From NCBI GenBank assembly GCA_016748015.1, contig JAAOMT010000439.1, positions 773,147-837,146 on the forward strand: 64,000 nt of DNA, in the 5' to 3' direction. The DNA comes from Geosiphon pyriformis uo1. Taxonomy: Eukaryota; Fungi; Glomeromycota. The notes below the pieces were generated by a model. The model saw nothing but the letters and a program-made list of their open reading frames with translations. It was not told where the DNA came from and ran no database searches. The position numbers were made by a program, and so were the translations under genes. Below, one piece after another: positions 51,706-64,000 of this stretch (the first letter of the stretch is position 1; every line of letters begins with the position of its first letter).

Positions 51706-52098
51706 GAGAGAATTATGATGAATTTTTCAAAGCGATTTTTAATTTAGGGCGAATTTTGACCTTGGCTCTTTGCTTGATTAATTAATAAATACGAACCTAA
51801 GCAATTTTAAATTTACTCAGCAAAGAATATTTTTAGTTTCAATTAAATTTGGTTTATATTAAGTTGGTTTTCTTTGATAAAAAGAAATATGTTAAATGCA
51901 AAATTGGAACTTTTTGTTTATTTTCTAGTCAAAAAAAAATCTGAATTTATTTCATGTAAAAAAAAATATATATCTTGTCTATTGAATTCTTTGATTTAAT
52001 AACTGATAAAAATTTATTTTAATATTATAAATAATCATAATTATAATAAGAAAAAAAAATTTATTATTATGAATATTAATCTTTGCGATTTTAAATAT

Positions 52099-52100
<2 letters not shown>

Positions 52101-52160
<60 letters not shown>
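52101..52160. repeat. (AAT)n microsatellite
   Basis: Direct reading. Confidence 0.95.
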
Positions 52161-52163
<3 letters not shown>

Positions 52164-52494
52164 TGTTCTTTAGCTCGAATATTGAATTTTAAAAACATTG
52201 ATTATAAAGATATTTGAAGAAAATACCAAGAATTTTTTTTCAAAAAAAGTAAAAAGAAACAAAATTTTTGATCATGCATTTGAAAAAAAATTAATAATAC
52301 CAAATATTGACTTTTTAACCAAATTATACATTTAAAAAAATACATTATAATAATATTATTAACAGTACAATTATCAAATAATTATCGAATTTTGGTTTAG
52401 GAATACCTAATTTTCAAAAAATAGATAAATTTTTGTAATCACACAATATAAAAACTAAATATAACTTTTAAAAAGCTAAAAAAATATATCAATG

Positions 52495-53150
52495 ATGACT
52501 CCGCCTATGGTTTTTAATTTCATTGTAAATTTTTGAGAACCCAACTTAGGGGGAAATATTTTTGCGGTTTCCTGTTGCGCCTTTTAACATTATCCATGAT
52601 CGAGTGAGTATTATCTAAAATCTCCGATGTATCTAAATCTCCATTTTTGAAAAGAGAGCCAAATTTCTGGTTTTATTTTATAACGGTGTCATGAATATAG
52701 AAGACAACGCTATGCCTTGAGCCAGCCGTTATTGGAAAGTTCTCGTGAACTAAATGACGTGATCGAAAAGCGATTGATTGTCTTTGCTTGACCATAACAG
52801 CAACTTAAGTTCAGGAAATGCTAGATGCCCACCCTCAAACGTTCCGAGAGGGCAGACAATACAGAGTGTATTACGATGATCTTTTAGATCTCGATGAAAT
52901 TGGCAGATGCTATTAAAGTTAATATTAATAGTGGGGAAGGCTCCAAAATTTTCGAGCCTAAGTTGAGTTTTTTCATTTTAGCGTATAATGCCGGATATGC
53001 GTTGTTAAGATAATCGTTTAATGCGTCGGAAAGTGGCTGAAGTCTTCGGATCAAATCCTGAACACACTTATGATGCTGCTGGGAATGTGAAGAAGCAGTA
53101 TTCGAAATGACATATGGTAAGTTGCAGAAAGAATAATGCGAGGCTTGGAG
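52495..53150 (-). pseudogene. 2OG-Fe(II) dioxygenase, TET/JBP-like; frameshifted fragment
   Basis: Reconstructed: YLNNAYPALYAKMKKL../GAFPTININFNSICQFHRDLKDHRNTLCIVCPLGTFEGGHLAFPELKL/VMVKQRQSIAFRSRHLVHENFPITAGSRHSVVFYIH. HxD, distal H and RxS are in DSBH order. Two frameshifts and a stop. Confidence 0.75.
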
Positions 53151-53399
53151 ATTTGAGAAGATAAATAATAAAAATAAAATTTTTGTGTCGCACAGTTTTA
53201 TAAAAATACTCAAAAAGAAATACGAATTCAAACACCACACCCTATTTACTACATTCTCAAATGCTAACAACACCAAATATAAGAATAATAGAACATGAAA
53301 ATGTCAAGCAGTAAGTTAAAATTAATTGTTATTTTTATATTAATTTTGGATATATTGAATCAATTCAATTGATATGCGCATTTGAAAAAAATCCATCTG

Positions 53400-54600
53400 A
53401 ATTGGTGAAATTAATAGGAGAAAATTTTACTAATGAAATTTTTTCCTATCGAAGACAGGTACTCAGTATGCGAATAAGAAATTTAGAAAAATACTTTAGA
53501 AATACATTAAATGTAAGCTAATTTATTTTTTAATTGAATAATTTATTATAATTATATTAAATTAGCATATTTAATTTATATATATAGAAAAACGGAAAAG
53601 ATTTTAAGTTCGCAATTCTAGAAGAAATAAAAGGAGTAAACAAAAATAAATTTAGAAAAAATATTGATGGATTTGTTAGTATTAAATTATATTTAAGCAT
53701 AAAAAAAACTTAGTTCTAATAAATATTTTAAAGTTTCTAAAGTTATAACTCAGTTGATTTATTTTCAAGACCTTCAAGAAGAATTGGAGAAAGAAAATTT
53801 ACTATAAATCATATCGTTTCTTTGTTCAAGTTTTATGAAACAACATTTGGAACCTTGAAATTTGACTGGATAAAAGTGCATACACAGTTAACTGATTCTG
53901 AAATTGTATCAGTTGATATTAAAGGTATTCATTAATTTAATAATTGTAATTATTATTATAATTGGCTATTAATTTTTAATTTTATTTCAATAAAAAAAAG
54001 GCGTTCGACATAGAAATAACAAGGAAATATGGCATCTGGAGGTTTCAGGACCACCAAGTAATCCTACAATTTCTCATATGGTGAATGATACAAAGAAAGC
54101 TTTAGATACAGATATATTGAATTTAGTGGAAATATTAAGAGATCATCTTGATATTTGACTTGAAAATAGCAAAGAAAATTAAGGTTTCAGCATAGAAGTT
54201 AAGCATATATTGTTTTATAAAATTAATTATTAATTATTAAACATTAATCATATTTTATTTTTAATTTTTAATTTTCAGCATATCGGTTAACATTTTATGC
54301 TCTTAATATGCTTGCAGATGGCTAAACATCCGCAGAATTGCCATTTAATTTTGATTCACGGTCAAAATATATGGCAATTATACGAATGATGGCAATTTTA
54401 CATGTAAGAAAAACATATTGTAAAATTAATTTTATTTAAATATTTCACAACTTTTATTATTATTATCATTATTATTATTCTTAGGATGAACTAATCAGCA
54501 AATGGATATCTTGAATGAGATTGATACTATCATATTTCCTTGTCAAGGCAAAAGTGTACGTAATGTATTACCTATTCCATGAAATTTATGAGATATATTA
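53400..54600 (+). pseudogene. Multi-exon PD-(D/E)XK (REase-fold) family pseudogene
   Basis: FYETTFGTLKFDWI...VSVDIK|GVRHRNNKEIWHLEVSGPPSNPTISHMVNDTKKALDTDILNLVEILRDHLDI*...YRLTFYALNMLADG...LPFNFDSRSKYMAIIRMMAILH. D and E-x-S spacing is nuclease-like; stops and indels present. Confidence 0.6.
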
Positions 54601-57600
54601 AAAAAAAATGGTTGTGATAGTTAATTTTTTATGTTTAATAATTTACAACTCATAATTTAAATGAATTTTAACATTAAATTTAATTAACAGTCGAGCAAAA
54701 TTTAGTTTGATATTACTGATTTGTTGATAAAGTTTTTCATTATAATTTGAGATTAAATAAAAGATCGAAGCAAAGAAATAAAATTAAAATTGGATAAATT
54801 AAACAGAATTATATTGTTGACCGAAACCAAGTCTCAAAATTAGCTGCAATATTTTTTAATGAGAATTAAATTTCAATCCTTTTGGATGCAACAACTCCTT
54901 TGCCCATACTCCCAAAACATCTCAGCTAAGAAACTTTCAAAAAAATTTCTCAGAATGAAGAAATTACTTCGAGGCACAAAAGGCCCAAGAGTTGCTTAAG
55001 TGGAAGTATGTTCAGTTGAGGGCCAAAAGTTCTGCCTTTGTTGTTTGTATGGATCTGCTGAGTTCTACATGAAAGATACAATTGTTTGCTGAGTCTATTG
55101 CTGTAACATAATTGTAATTATCTAGTGTTGAATCACTGATCTTGTTTCATTACCTGTAATCTTTGTTGTATTATTATGTTTATGAGATTTTCTCGAAATT
55201 TTATTTGCAACCAATTCCTAAATCTCAAAGAAAACTGTTTTTCAATAAATATAGGATTAAAATTAGAGTTAGAGTTGCCCAATAAATACATCTTGAAAAC
55301 ATTAAAAGTTCACAAAACTGATTAATTAATTAGCATAAATAATACCAGAAAATTCCTTTACATATCTGTTTAAAACACTATGCTACTTTTTTTATTTTTG
55401 AAAAGAAAAAAAACAAAATTCTTGATTGATAGTTTAGTAATTAAATAAAACTATAAAATCAAGTAAAGCGAAAATTATTAAACTTTTTACAAGTCAAATC
55501 ATTTTTTAATGATCTGTATTGTCATTAAAATTAATGCTATTATAATTGTTAAAATGTTAAAAGGTGTTTTAGATTACTCAAATATTAATTATAAAGTTGT
55601 TATTAATATATTTAATATCAAGTAATTGTAAAAAAATTGTTTAAGTTACAATTAATTATTTTAAACGAAATTAATTTAATATTTGTAAAAGAAGTAATTA
55701 GAAATTGCAGACAATGACAATTATAATTAATATATTTTAAAATAGGCAAGTTTTTTTTAAAATTATTACAAGGTTTGAAATAATAGTAATCTAATAATTA
55801 CATTTTAAACTTTAAAAAATGTCTAGTGTAAATTTATGTGAAAATAATATTGAATAATCACTGAAATAATTTTTAAGTAATTTTATTCATAATATAAAAA
55901 AGAGTTATGAATATTTTATTTTATAATAACATTATTATAAAAATTAAGCCTGTTTATAACAAAAAATTTTTTATATTGATATTTTAAAAATTTTTAATTT
56001 ATTTAGTTTAAATTTAAAACTTATTTTAAATCAATAAATAATTTTACCATCACAAAAAAAATTAATATTTAAAAATAATAAATGTATTTTTGAAGTTTTT
56101 TATTTAAATATCCAATTTCTGTATTGAATTTTTAAAAAAGATTATATATTATTTGAATAATTACGTACAGATATCAATTCTTTTCATAAATTTTCAATCT
56201 TATATTTTTGAAATTTTATGATGTTGTGACATAAAGAAACTGCTATTCTTTTTTTCAAAGTAAAATATCTTTAAAAATTGATATCATTTGATAATTGTTC
56301 AATATAAATGCTGATTAGAATAAAATTTTTTATGAATATTTAAGTAAGTCTTTAAAATGTTAATAAAATATATAAAAATGCTTTGTTTAATTTAAAGATT
56401 AATTAAATAATTTATTTGGATTAAATTACCAAGCTGAAAATTTTTAAGAGACAATCAGAAAATATTGTAACTATTTAATTGATTATATAAATGTATAATG
56501 AATTATTTTTATAAAAATTTAAATCATTTTAAGATAAAAGTAAAAATATCTTTTTACATATTTAAAAGTATTAATTAAAACATTAAATGTTATTTAAGGT
56601 TTTATTAACTTTTTAATTTCAGTATTGACTATTAAGTTCTAAACATGATAAATGAAACATATCCACTATAAGAAATAAACTTGAGTCTAACAGAAAAAAG
56701 TTTTAATTAATTGTATTTTAGTATGATAGCAGTTTAGCCTGACCAACTTGAAATTCAAATCACCCTTATTTGATATTTTTTGACTAATTGGTTTATAAAA
56801 ATCGACTTGGAGAGAATCTTTTCTCTTTAGAATAACTCAACCGAATAATTAATGATCCGAAAATCTTCGATTGGAGCATCCGAAGTTTAAAAATAAATTG
56901 AAAGCTGATAAAAATAAGAAATTAAAAGGAGCGGTTGATAAAAAAATTTTGTTTTAGTATTAGGCAAACTAAAAATAATTATATTATAAAAATGTTTATT
57001 ACTAAAGCATAACGTTAAAATTTAGAAGTTCAATTATTTTACCTATTAATAGAATAAAGTCTTAATAGATTATTTGATAAATGTAAATGTTCCTGTTCAC
57101 AGATATGTAAAAGTTAAACACAATAATTAATAAAAGCTATACAAGCAACAAAGGGTCTTATGATTAAATCATACGACTCATTTGTTTAATGGGAAATTTG
57201 TTTGGCCAAAAAATAATTTTAAATTTTTTTTCTGAAATGATCAATAGTTCTAATCTAAATTCTATCAAAATATGTGGAGTATAATTGTGGAAATTTAAAA
57301 CAACGTATGTTAGAATATCTATTAGAATTTGAGCATTTTGTAATGAAAGAGCGAGAAGATATCTTGCATGATATTTTAAATAAGTTAAGTAACTACTAAT
57401 AAAACTTGTGATTGTACTTATCATAAGTACAACCGTTTTCAATTACCGAACGAGCCATTTAGTGTAAAACTGTCATTACACAATGTAATTATTATTATTA
57501 TTATTATTATTATTATAGCAATCTTTTCATAAAATATATATTTATTCTATATTATATTGACTGTACCATTATTTATATTCCATTCAATATATTTTAAAAT

Positions 57601-59129
57601 ACATTGTATATATTTAAGAGTTATTTTATATATTATTTTTTAAATTTTATTAATAATTTTTATATACATTAAAGTCAAAAATTCTTAAGAAAATTTAATA
57701 AATGCTAGAATATAAATTATCATTAAAAAAAAATTCTGTTTATAAAATTGACCTTTATTGTGGTTTGAAAATTATAAAATTCAAATATAAAAACATTGAA
57801 TTAATAATTTAATTCATTAGAAAATTTTTTGATTTATTAATAAAAAATATTATAAAAATATTAGTCCTAATGTTTAAAATTAAATTATCAAATTTGTAAA
57901 ATATATGATAATACCCAATCTAAAAGCTAATTTATTTTTAAATTTTGATTTTTGATAAATTAAAATAATTTTCATTTAAATTTGGTCTATAAATTGATAA
58001 TTATTAATATACCACATCAATATGAAATATACTGTAGCAGATTTAATATAAATATAAGTTTTAGAAAGTCCATAAAATTATATTCTGACTTTATTAACTT
58101 TATTAATTTTTTCTTTAAGAAAATATACATTACAAATTTTTTTGGAAATGTTTACTTTATTAATGAGTCGAATAATTCAATTACAAAATCTACCATATAT
58201 AAATTACAAAAATAACTGATTGAAAAATAAATCATTTAAGCACTTAAAAGCTCTTTTGTTAGAAATTAAATGCTTGCTATTCATCACATATTGTGCCCAA
58301 TGCGTAGTTAAAAATATACCTAAGCAGAAAAGTGAGTGTTGACTGTTAAATTTTCTTGGAGACAAGTTGAAAAATGCCTTGAAGAATTTGATTTTGTGAG
58401 AAAATATACCTTTTGACATCTCGAACTACATAAAAATCTGATTTTCCCCATTTTTTTATTCTTTTAGTAAAGATTTTAAAGTAATAGTCATAAAACATTT
58501 TTCCATCTATTTGTACAAAAAAACTAAATTAGACTTTCATATTTTGGTAAATTATGTCATATTCTCTTTTTAAAATAATTTGATCGAAATTATTCTTAAA
58601 ACTCAGTCCTCTTTGCTAATCATTAGAAATTGCAAGAATTTTTAGCTTCTATTTCATTTGAAGAAAAAAAAAAAGAACCATAACACCAGTCATCTTTACA
58701 AGCACTGCCTATAGTATTCCCCTACTATAATACCCTTCATATTTACAAAAAATGACACATGAGTTCTGTAATTAAGATTCGAAACAATAATGATGATAAC
58801 AGGGGGGTATGGCAGGGAGATGACAAAAAAAATTTCTCACCCAGAAAAATTTTAAGGGTTCAGAGTTTGTGCTTTATGCCTATGTAGTTTTATGTGAACC
58901 TGGCACTATTAACATGAGATAGATCTTGATTGCCATTTTCTATTTTCCACTTTATCTTTGCTCTTAAAAAAAATTAGTAATTAAAAATATTTTTGATCAA
59001 AACATCATGATATTATAAATCCTTTTTTGGCTAAGATGAGCTGCTGTTCTAAAATTACATCATTTCAAAGGGAGTACTATGTTTATGATGAATGACCTAA
59101 TTATTTGAAAAATTTTTTATATAAAAACA

Positions 59130-59390
59130 GTCCTTCCTTCCTTTATCATTCCATTCATTTCTTTATCGCTTCCCTTCCTTTTCTTCCTTCCCTTTCTTTA
59201 TCACTTCCCTTCTTTCTCTTCCTTTCTTTATTGCTTCCCTTCCTTCTCTTCCTTCTCTTCCTTTCTTTATTGCTTCCCTTCCTTCCCTTCCTTTTTTTAT
59301 CGCTTACCTTCCTTCATTTTTTCTCTTTCTTTTTTCGTCCCCCCTTTCTTTCATTCTCCCTTCCTGTCCTTTTCTCTCTCTTCGTTCCTA
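59130..59390 (+). repeat. Pyrimidine-rich low-complexity tandem tract
   Basis: About 260 bp of cttcccttcctttctttattgcttcccttcc-like units, almost all C/T on the + strand. Confidence 0.85.
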
Positions 59391-59569
59391 TATAAGGTGA
59401 GTTTCGCTGTGTATTATACTTGTTAAAAAGTTAAAACGTTAAAAAATAAAAAGATGAAAAAATAAAAAAAATGATTTTTTCGGGCGATTTTTTAAGATAA
59501 TTGTAGATTACCTCTATAATTATTTTGGGTGCACATTTTTCTTCTTGAATATTCGTCACTTAATATACC

Positions 59570-61030
59570 ACAATTGTATACTGTACTGGTCGACTTTACA
59601 TAGCTCTTTTACGTCAATAGCAATTGGGAAGTATCTGGATGGGCACGCACCAGAAAAGTGGTTATACGAACACTTTTTACAACTCTATCATCATACTATC
59701 CTCTTCAAGCTGCCATTCAACGATGTTTGGAGTTCACTAGATGGGGCTTGGCGCAAAAGATTTCGCGGGGCAATTAATTCACGCAATGGAAGCGTCAATT
59801 TGGAAAAAAGGGTATAGGTAAAAAAAGATATAAGTTTTTAAAAGTTTAGGGTTTTAGCGGCAATGATGACAACTCCCAATCACGTATCTACTTGGTTGGG
59901 AGCATTAAGTTAGGTTATCGTTGTTGCGAGTGATCAATAGTGAAACTCCCAATCACGTATCTACTTACTCATCATTGGTTGCGTCGCTTATTCTTAGGAT
60001 TTTAGCGGCAACGACGACAACTCCCAATAACGTATTACTTGGTTGGGAGCATTAAGTTTCTACTTAGGTTATCGTTGTTGCGAGTGACTAATCATGAAAC
60101 TCCCAATCATGTATTACTTGGTTGGGAGCATTGAGTTTCTACTTACTCATCATTGGTTGCGTCGCTCATGTTTAATGGTGGGATGCTGATTATATGGCTT
60201 TATTAATTCTGCTACCAACAAGATTGAGAGCAGTCGTGCTTACTGGAACAATCTGATTCTCAGACGTGAAGAAGTGGATGTGAATCGAATACAAATTCGA
60301 CGGCTAGGACTCAATACTCGAAGCATTGCTAATCGTTAGTAATATCAATTACAGATGGAAACGGAGGTAATTGTAAACAAAGAAGGTGTGCGAACCCTCG
60401 GAGTATCAGTCCATGTCAACGGGAAAAAAATTCGTTAAAGGGTAATTATACAACGATCATATCGGCACCGAACATGACAAGAGAGAATCTGCAATCCGTG
60501 GCTGTTCTTATAAATTTATATACCCGCCCCCTCTTTTTTGCATAGATCGATAATGAGATCGAACAGAGCTCAAAGTGGCGTGAAACCAGGCATCCTGCAG
60601 AGCAAATCGTAAGATATTTAATATCTTCTTCCCACGTTTTTATTCAATATTCAGAGTAACTGGCAATATTTACACCAATTATTATCATACTACTGTTAAA
60701 GATTTAATAGTGTGAGACTTTCGACTCACCTGAAGTCGAAAATGAATATGAAGAGGATGAAAGTGAAGTTGACGATTTGGAGACAAGAAAAAAGAGGGAA
60801 AGGCAGGTCTTCATTGAAATTTTAGTTATTCAAATCTAAGAATATATAATTACTGAGGCCCCTACTAAACTCTTAACTGTAAACAGGTATCCGCAGGAAA
60901 GCGTAAACGAAAAGAATCCGACGGTGGTCATTTCGAATCCAATAAAGACGACAAAGACGGGATTACTCGATATGCAGACGAAGATGATGTTGAGAATGGA
61001 AGCGACGATGAGGCTAGTGATTCTCCTTCT
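59570..61030 (+). pseudogene. Decayed multi-exon gene of unknown function
   Basis: SIAIGKYLDGHAPEKWLYEHFLQLYHHTILFKLPFNDVWSSLDGAWRKRF, GT donor ~59812, then exon-like pieces ETFDSPEVENEYEEDESEVDDLETRKKRERQ and VSAGKRKRKESDGG...DEDDVENGSDDE (NLS-like plus acidic). Confidence 0.5.
59857..60166 (+). repeat. Tandem array of four ~65-85 bp self-complementary units (nested hairpins), probably intronic
   Basis: Core aactcccaat...cttggttgggagcatt is repeated. Outer arms gcggcaatgatgac / gttatcgttgttgc pair with G-U wobbles. Confidence 0.85.
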
Positions 61031-61250
61031 CTTTGCATAACTTGATTGTCCTGCAAAATTTTCTGCGTCAAGCCCCATCTAGTGAACTCCAAACATCATT
61101 GAATGGCGGCTTAAAAAGGATAGTATCATGATAGAGTTGTAAAAAGTGTTTGTATGCCCACTTTTCGGGTGCGTGCCCATCCAGATACTTCTCAATTGCT
61201 ATTGACGTAAAAGAGCTATGTAAAGTGGACCAGTACAGAATACAATTATC
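61030..61250 (-). repeat. Inverted ~220-bp copy of 59571-59790
   Basis: The ORF track shows near-identical peptides on opposite strands (NCILYWSTLHSSFTSIAI.KYLDGHAPEKW...WSSLDGA). Confidence 0.92.
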
Positions 61251-61259
61251 ATTCAAGAA

Positions 61260-63150
61260 AAGTTACCTTCATAACCAGGGAAACGTGAAATTGAGGTCCT
61301 AAATAACTGAACTTGTTTCCCCTGTGCTTTGCCCTGTAAAATAAATGGTCAATAAGGATTGCGCATGAACTGGGGTTGCTCATAGCCTTGTTGTCTATTA
61401 TTTCTTAGACTAATTAATTATGGTTATAATTTCCTAAATATATAAATTGAAATTAATTCTGAAGTAAAAACTGATTTTGGTAATTTGGTCTTTGCTATTA
61501 TAAATTACTAGTAATATATTGAGTACATAATATAGAGCTGAATTTTGCTGATAATTTCAAACTAATATTTAATAATAATTTGGTTGAAAATATCTAGGTT
61601 TTAATGAAAATAAATAATGTTGTAAATTAGGAAATTTATTTGATAAGATTGATTGTTTTGTTGCTAATTTTATTGTCTGATTCTACAATTTTTGGCCCAG
61701 TGTTTTTTGTTTTTACAATAATAACAACTTTTTGTTTAAAATTAATTTTGGTGTGGTTAAAACTGATTTTTGCTTTGATTTTGATCTCAATTTTGTATCA
61801 ATTTTCTTTTTTGAGTTTTCAATTTTTTTTTCTGTTGTTATACTAGATTTTCCAATAGTTATGTTTATAAATTTGGTGTAAATTGCTTCTTTAATTATCA
61901 TATTATTTTTGGCGACTTGAATAATTTTGGCTAAAATATTAAGTAAATAAAATCTATTTTTTTTAATTAGAAGATAAATCGATCAAGAATTTGTGAATTT
62001 GAATAATAATTTTCTGTTTTTAGTTGTTTGATTCTTCTAAGAAATTTATTGAATCTTTTTAAATAAGTAATAACAGATTTATTAGATTATTGTCTAAGAT
62101 TTCTAAAACAATTTAAGAATAATAAAAGTATTTACATTTGTAAAATATTTAATAAAAGCTGTTTTAAAAGTATTATAATTATTAAAAACATTTGTTGTTT
62201 TTTGCAAAAAGTAAAAAATAGTTTTAAAAAATTTGGTTATATTTTATTTATTAGCTTTAATGTCTTTGTTACTTTATCCAATTATTTTTCTAGATTAACT
62301 TTACCATTTTTTACTGAGAAATCAGGAATTTTGACAATATAATATGAAATAATTATGTTTTTGATTTTCTTTTCTAAGCTTTTTTCTGAGTTTTCTTAGT
62401 TTTTTAACTGTTTAGTTTTATTTTAGTAATTATTTTCAAGTAAACTTTTACTGATATTTTTTTTTCTTGTTAAATAAATTCAAATAAGCTGTAAAAATTA
62501 GTAAAATTTTCTATTTTAAAAAAATAATTTAAAGATAATTTTGAAGTTTAAAATTAAATTAGAAATACTAAATAGTATAATAGTAAGTACTGTTTTGTTA
62601 ACTTGTTTTTAATGTTTATACGTTTTGGCAGCCAGTTTTGATGCATTAAATACTGTTTTTGTTTTTTTTAATAAGTAAGTTCAAAGACTAATTCTAATTA
62701 AAGAAAATATTTTTTTTAAATAAACATTGTTTTATATAAAACTTTTCAAATTATAGTTAAGTTTTTGAAAATAGGTGTTAAAAAGTTGAGAGCCCAAAGT
62801 ATTTGAATTTGTTGAATAGTAAATAATATTTTTATAAAAAGTATTTTTAACTTTTATAATATTGTATTCTTCAAAAAAATAATTATTAACTTTGTTGTTA
62901 AGATAATTATAAAAAGTAGTTTTTATAACTAAAATTATGTTTGAAATATTGAATTTTTGTTAACAATAAATGTAAAATTGTTAATAATACTTTAGAGTTT
63001 TTGTTTTAATTACAGTTATTACTTTGTATAATTTTTAGACTATGTTAATTTTCTAGAAAAACACCAAATGTTACCAGAGATTTTTTATCTTTGATTATAG
63101 TTATTTTTTTGATAATAACTTCCAATTTACTGTTTTTATATTGGAATGAT
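61260..63150 (-). mobile_element. Heavily AT-eroded retroelement (gag-like) remnant
   Basis: Strong strand asymmetry. Relic coding phrases on the minus strand (YLNNKVNNYFFEEYNIIKVKNTFYKNIIYYSTNSNTLGSQLFNTYF; QPQFMRNPY*PFILQG) with pervasive stops. Gag assignment is from recollection only; no RT or integrase seen. Confidence 0.4.
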
Positions 63151-64000
63151 AAGTGTTTTTATAAACTAATTATGATAAAAATAGCTGCGAAAAAGATAAA
63201 TACCTCCGGGTTTTTCCTATAAGTATAGAGCTATTAATGTTAATACAATAATAGCAATTGCAATTAGAGAAAATTCATTTTCTTCGATTAAATATTTAAC
63301 AATTTATAAAAAAATTAGTAATTATTTCTTATACTAGTAAAATATTTTATTTTGACATTTAATTAAATAAACCATTTAAAGTCAAAGTCATTTTAAAAAT
63401 AGTCTCTAAAATCCTGAAATTTTGGACTAGATTTTTCTTTAAGTTTGGCTAGTTGATGATTTTACTTCTATTACATGAAATTTGTTCAAGGTTATCTTGA
63501 ATATATCATCAAAATGAATATGCTATTTCAACTATTAATGCGAGAATATTGATTGTTTAAATAGTCAATTAACATTATAAAAAAGATTTTATACTTTTCT
63601 ACCTACTTCCTTGAATATTTAGCTCTTTTGATAATATTTTTGATCGATTAAATAGAGATTCGACTTTTTAATTGATTAGAAAGCCAACAACCCAATCTCC
63701 TATTTCGGATTAGGTTTAATTATTTTGCTTTTAAATATTTAACAATAAAAAAACTTTTCACTCCAGAAAATTATTTGGTTACAAAATCATCACTAAGAAA
63801 TAAAAAATTTATTAAACCGCTCAAGATTCTTTTAAATGGCTCTAAATTTAAGTATTATAAAAATAAAAATCAATCTGAAATAAAATTTCTAAAATTTAGG
63901 AGAGAATTTTTGTAGCTAAATGAATTACAAAATTTTGTTTAACATTTAAAAATATAATATTATAGATTTATTAAGCTAATAAATTAAGGACTTCTGTTTT

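Noticed and set aside
58800-58811. caggggggtat matching the start of the Tc1 TIR at 5267
   Set aside because: Only 11 bp match, no TA immediately adjacent, wrong side and 53 kb away; no transposase nearby.
59105-59395. Leu/Phe/Pro-rich 'membrane protein' ORF
   Set aside because: Translation of the polypyrimidine tract.
59857-60166. CRISPR array or hammerhead ribozyme
   Set aside because: No unique spacers or cas genes in a eukaryotic context. The minus-strand tgatgag...gaaac resembles a hammerhead core but lacks the leading C and a stem II, and gaaactc pairs fully with gagtttc.

Overview
Very AT-rich eukaryotic DNA with short GT-AG introns and two N-gaps (4087-4220, 24233-24419). Gene content points to a Glomeromycotina (arbuscular-mycorrhizal lineage) fungus. 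Several class-3 lipase paralogues plus the retroelement debris suggest Geosiphon/Archaeosporales, but that is an unverified inference. The window is a gene birth-and-death region. It holds: a two-TM membrane-protein gene (1.6-3.1 kb); Tc1/mariner remnants; three or four class-3 lipase-fold loci, of which the two complete ones lack the catalytic serine (GFDIGA, GHAIGG); an intact cytochrome P450; a head-to-head pair of kinase/Sel1-repeat genes with opposite domain order and near-identical, shuffled 108-bp repeats, plus a decayed third copy; an inverted pair of PY-motif membrane-protein genes with an apparent gene-conversion tract; a TET/JBP-like dioxygenase pseudogene back-to-back with a PD-(D/E)XK-like pseudogene; an intronic array of nested hairpins; and an AT-eroded retroelement. 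The best candidates for undescribed biology are the secreted serine-less pseudo-lipases and the paired variable-repeat Sel1/kinase receptors. All exon structures and family calls are by eye; no searches were run.
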